Source of the DNA: Carpediemonas membranifera BICM
Lineage: Eukaryota > Protista > Fornicata
Assembly: GCA_019828565.1 (NCBI GenBank)
Contig: JAHDYR010000005.1
Location: 1,776,871-1,840,870 of the forward strand
Reading direction: 5' to 3'
Length of the DNA: 64,000 nucleotides
The translations under genes were made by a program, and so were the position numbers. The notes beneath the pieces were generated by a model, which had not been told where the DNA came from, made no database searches, and saw nothing but the letters and a program-made list of their open reading frames with translations. Numbering within the stretch: the first letter of the stretch is position 1; each line of letters begins with the position of its first letter. Positions 62,688 to 64,000 of this stretch are shown here, piece after piece.

Positions 62688-63552
62688 TTTGAGTTTTTGA
62701 GTTTATTTTTTGATACAGTGCCGGGGTGTCCACCTCCAGGCACTGGCCACAACCCGAGCCAGACGAGCGGTGATCAGCCGCAGGAGGGCAACGGTTCTCA
62801 TAACATTGGAAGCCAGAGCTGCGGCGCCCAAGAGTACTGTTCTGAAGCTGCAGGGAGAGGAGGGCCTAAAACCCCTTCGAAGAAGGGTAAAAAGATGACC
62901 CACGCGGGTCGGCCAGCTCACAACTTCCAGCTCTTGGCGCTGCGGGACTCTGTGCTCCGAGCCCGATGGGGCTCCCTCAGGACGATGATCGAGGAGGTCC
63001 TGAGACCGGGGAGGACGGTGGCGTTTTCCTATGTAAGCGAGGGAACCTACCAGTCACGCGTCACAAAGTACACTCAACATATGTGTGTGCTTGGCGTCGT
63101 CACGCCTGCTCAGGGTCAGGGGGTCCTTGAAAAGGAGGATGGGGTTAATCTTGAAGTGGTCGCACTTAGCCAAGTGGGTCTGGTTCAGGACAACCCACGT
63201 CCTGGATCTCAGCACTGCTAGGGTCTTGGTAGGGGACGTCAGGATCTCAATCACAGCCGCGGCGATGGCCTCACCCTGACAGAGAGGACATGCCTCAAGA
63301 GCTGCGGCGGCTTCCGGTTCATCCTTCAGGTCCTGTAGGATTCCCCTGACCGGCTGCCACGCGTCAGGAAGAGCCCCTCTCGTTGGCATAGGTAGACACG
63401 ATAGCCGTAGCATCGCGAGGCGCTTCGCTGGCCCAGCCGTTAGATGGTCGAGGTATGGCTGCCTGGCCGGGTAGTTAGAGCGGGTGAAAGGGCGGGTGAG
63501 TGCCGACTCCGTGACGTATCTCCTGACAGCCACTTTGTTACCACGGCAGATT
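62688..63552 (-). mobile_element. 5'-truncated LINE of a second family in opposite orientation
   Basis: 14-bp TSD ACCGCCTTAAAGGT at 62674-62687 and 63553-63566; ORF end with CPLC...HLAKC (stop at 63054); 3' end AATAAA followed by a CTCAAAAA-like repeat tail. Confidence 0.85.
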
Positions 63553-63566
63553 ACCGCCTTAAAGGT

Positions 63567-63775
63567 CAAGGGCCCACTCTCCGACCTTTGGACGGACGAG
63601 CATACCCAAGCTTTCGAAGCCTACAAAGCTAAGCTTACATCTGACACTGTTCTAAGCTTCCCTGACATCTCTAAGAGATGGATCCTCGAGACGGACGCGT
63701 CAAATGAGGGGCTAGGGGGAATCCTGTACCAGGAGGACAGTGACGGCGGAAATCGCCAACTAGTGAGTTTCTTCG
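63567..63775 (+). pseudogene. Gypsy connection/RNase H N-terminal fragment
   Basis: WT.EH..AF...K..L....VL.FPD.SK..ILETDASN.GLG.ILYQ. Confidence 0.88.
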
Positions 63776-64000
63776 TGTGACGCGGTCCTCGCTCTCCTCC
63801 CGCAGTTTATGTAAACGTTCAACCTTCAGCACAGTGATCACTCCTGGTTTATAATGTTGAACCCTCAACAGCCAACGCTGAGTCAATTCACCCTTGAAGA
63901 AGCACGGCAATTCTCAAGACACTTCCGCTTCTTCAAAACCCACTTCAAAACAAGCCAACATCACCCCACCGTCCTCCAGTGCCTCACTTCTAGCCAAATC

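Larger units (their letters stand above)
49670..63775 (+). mobile_element. Ty3/Gypsy LTR retrotransposon, fragmented by three nested LINE insertions and 3' truncated (no integrase or 3' LTR seen)
   Basis: gag 49842-50140 and ~59200-59760 with knuckle CKFCQGWHKDYRC; protease VDTGAS; RT YSSPIVVVKK..RLCVDYKELN, PFGLTNAP, YLDD; RNase H ETDASNEGLGGILYQ. Possible PBS TGGTCGGC at ~49811. Outer boundaries approximate. Confidence 0.85.

Noticed and set aside
62080-62700. 206-aa ORF as a functional protein
   Set aside because: It is a chance fusion of the LINE 3' UTR frame with the Gypsy RT thumb across the TSD.

Overview
This is a gene-dense, roughly 55-60% GC eukaryotic window with standard genetic code. 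It has tiny 28-36 nt spliceosomal introns whose branch point is fused to the 3' splice site (CT[A/C]ACACAG), which suggests a metamonad/fornicate-like protist (inference). A core of housekeeping genes at 6.8-49.6 kb (Serinc, DHPS, USP, Est1/SMG-like, TatD, macrodomain, MTA/SAH nucleosidase, Mon1, TORTIFOLIA1-like, Spt5, SPCS2, Vps53, TTLL1, Vps33) lies between two retroelement clusters. The left cluster has a CRE-like RLE non-LTR element, tRNA-Glu and tRNA-Leu, and a complete split-direct-repeat tyrosine-recombinase (DIRS-order) retrotransposon. The right cluster is a Gypsy LTR element hit by three TSD-flanked LINE insertions. The best candidate for a new system is an 8.66-kb TSD-bounded APE-RT LINE (50141-58802). 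It carries an extra ORF with a Maelstrom/arenavirus-NP-like DEDDh exonuclease domain that keeps its catalytic and E-C-H-C zinc residues, and a diverged paralogous fragment lies next door. The window also has a Fanzor (eukaryotic TnpB) gene with an intact RuvC triad and a hairpin-rich omega-RNA candidate, plus a possible dead D5-like helicase relic beside an iteron palindrome. All assignments come from reading motifs by eye; no searches were run.
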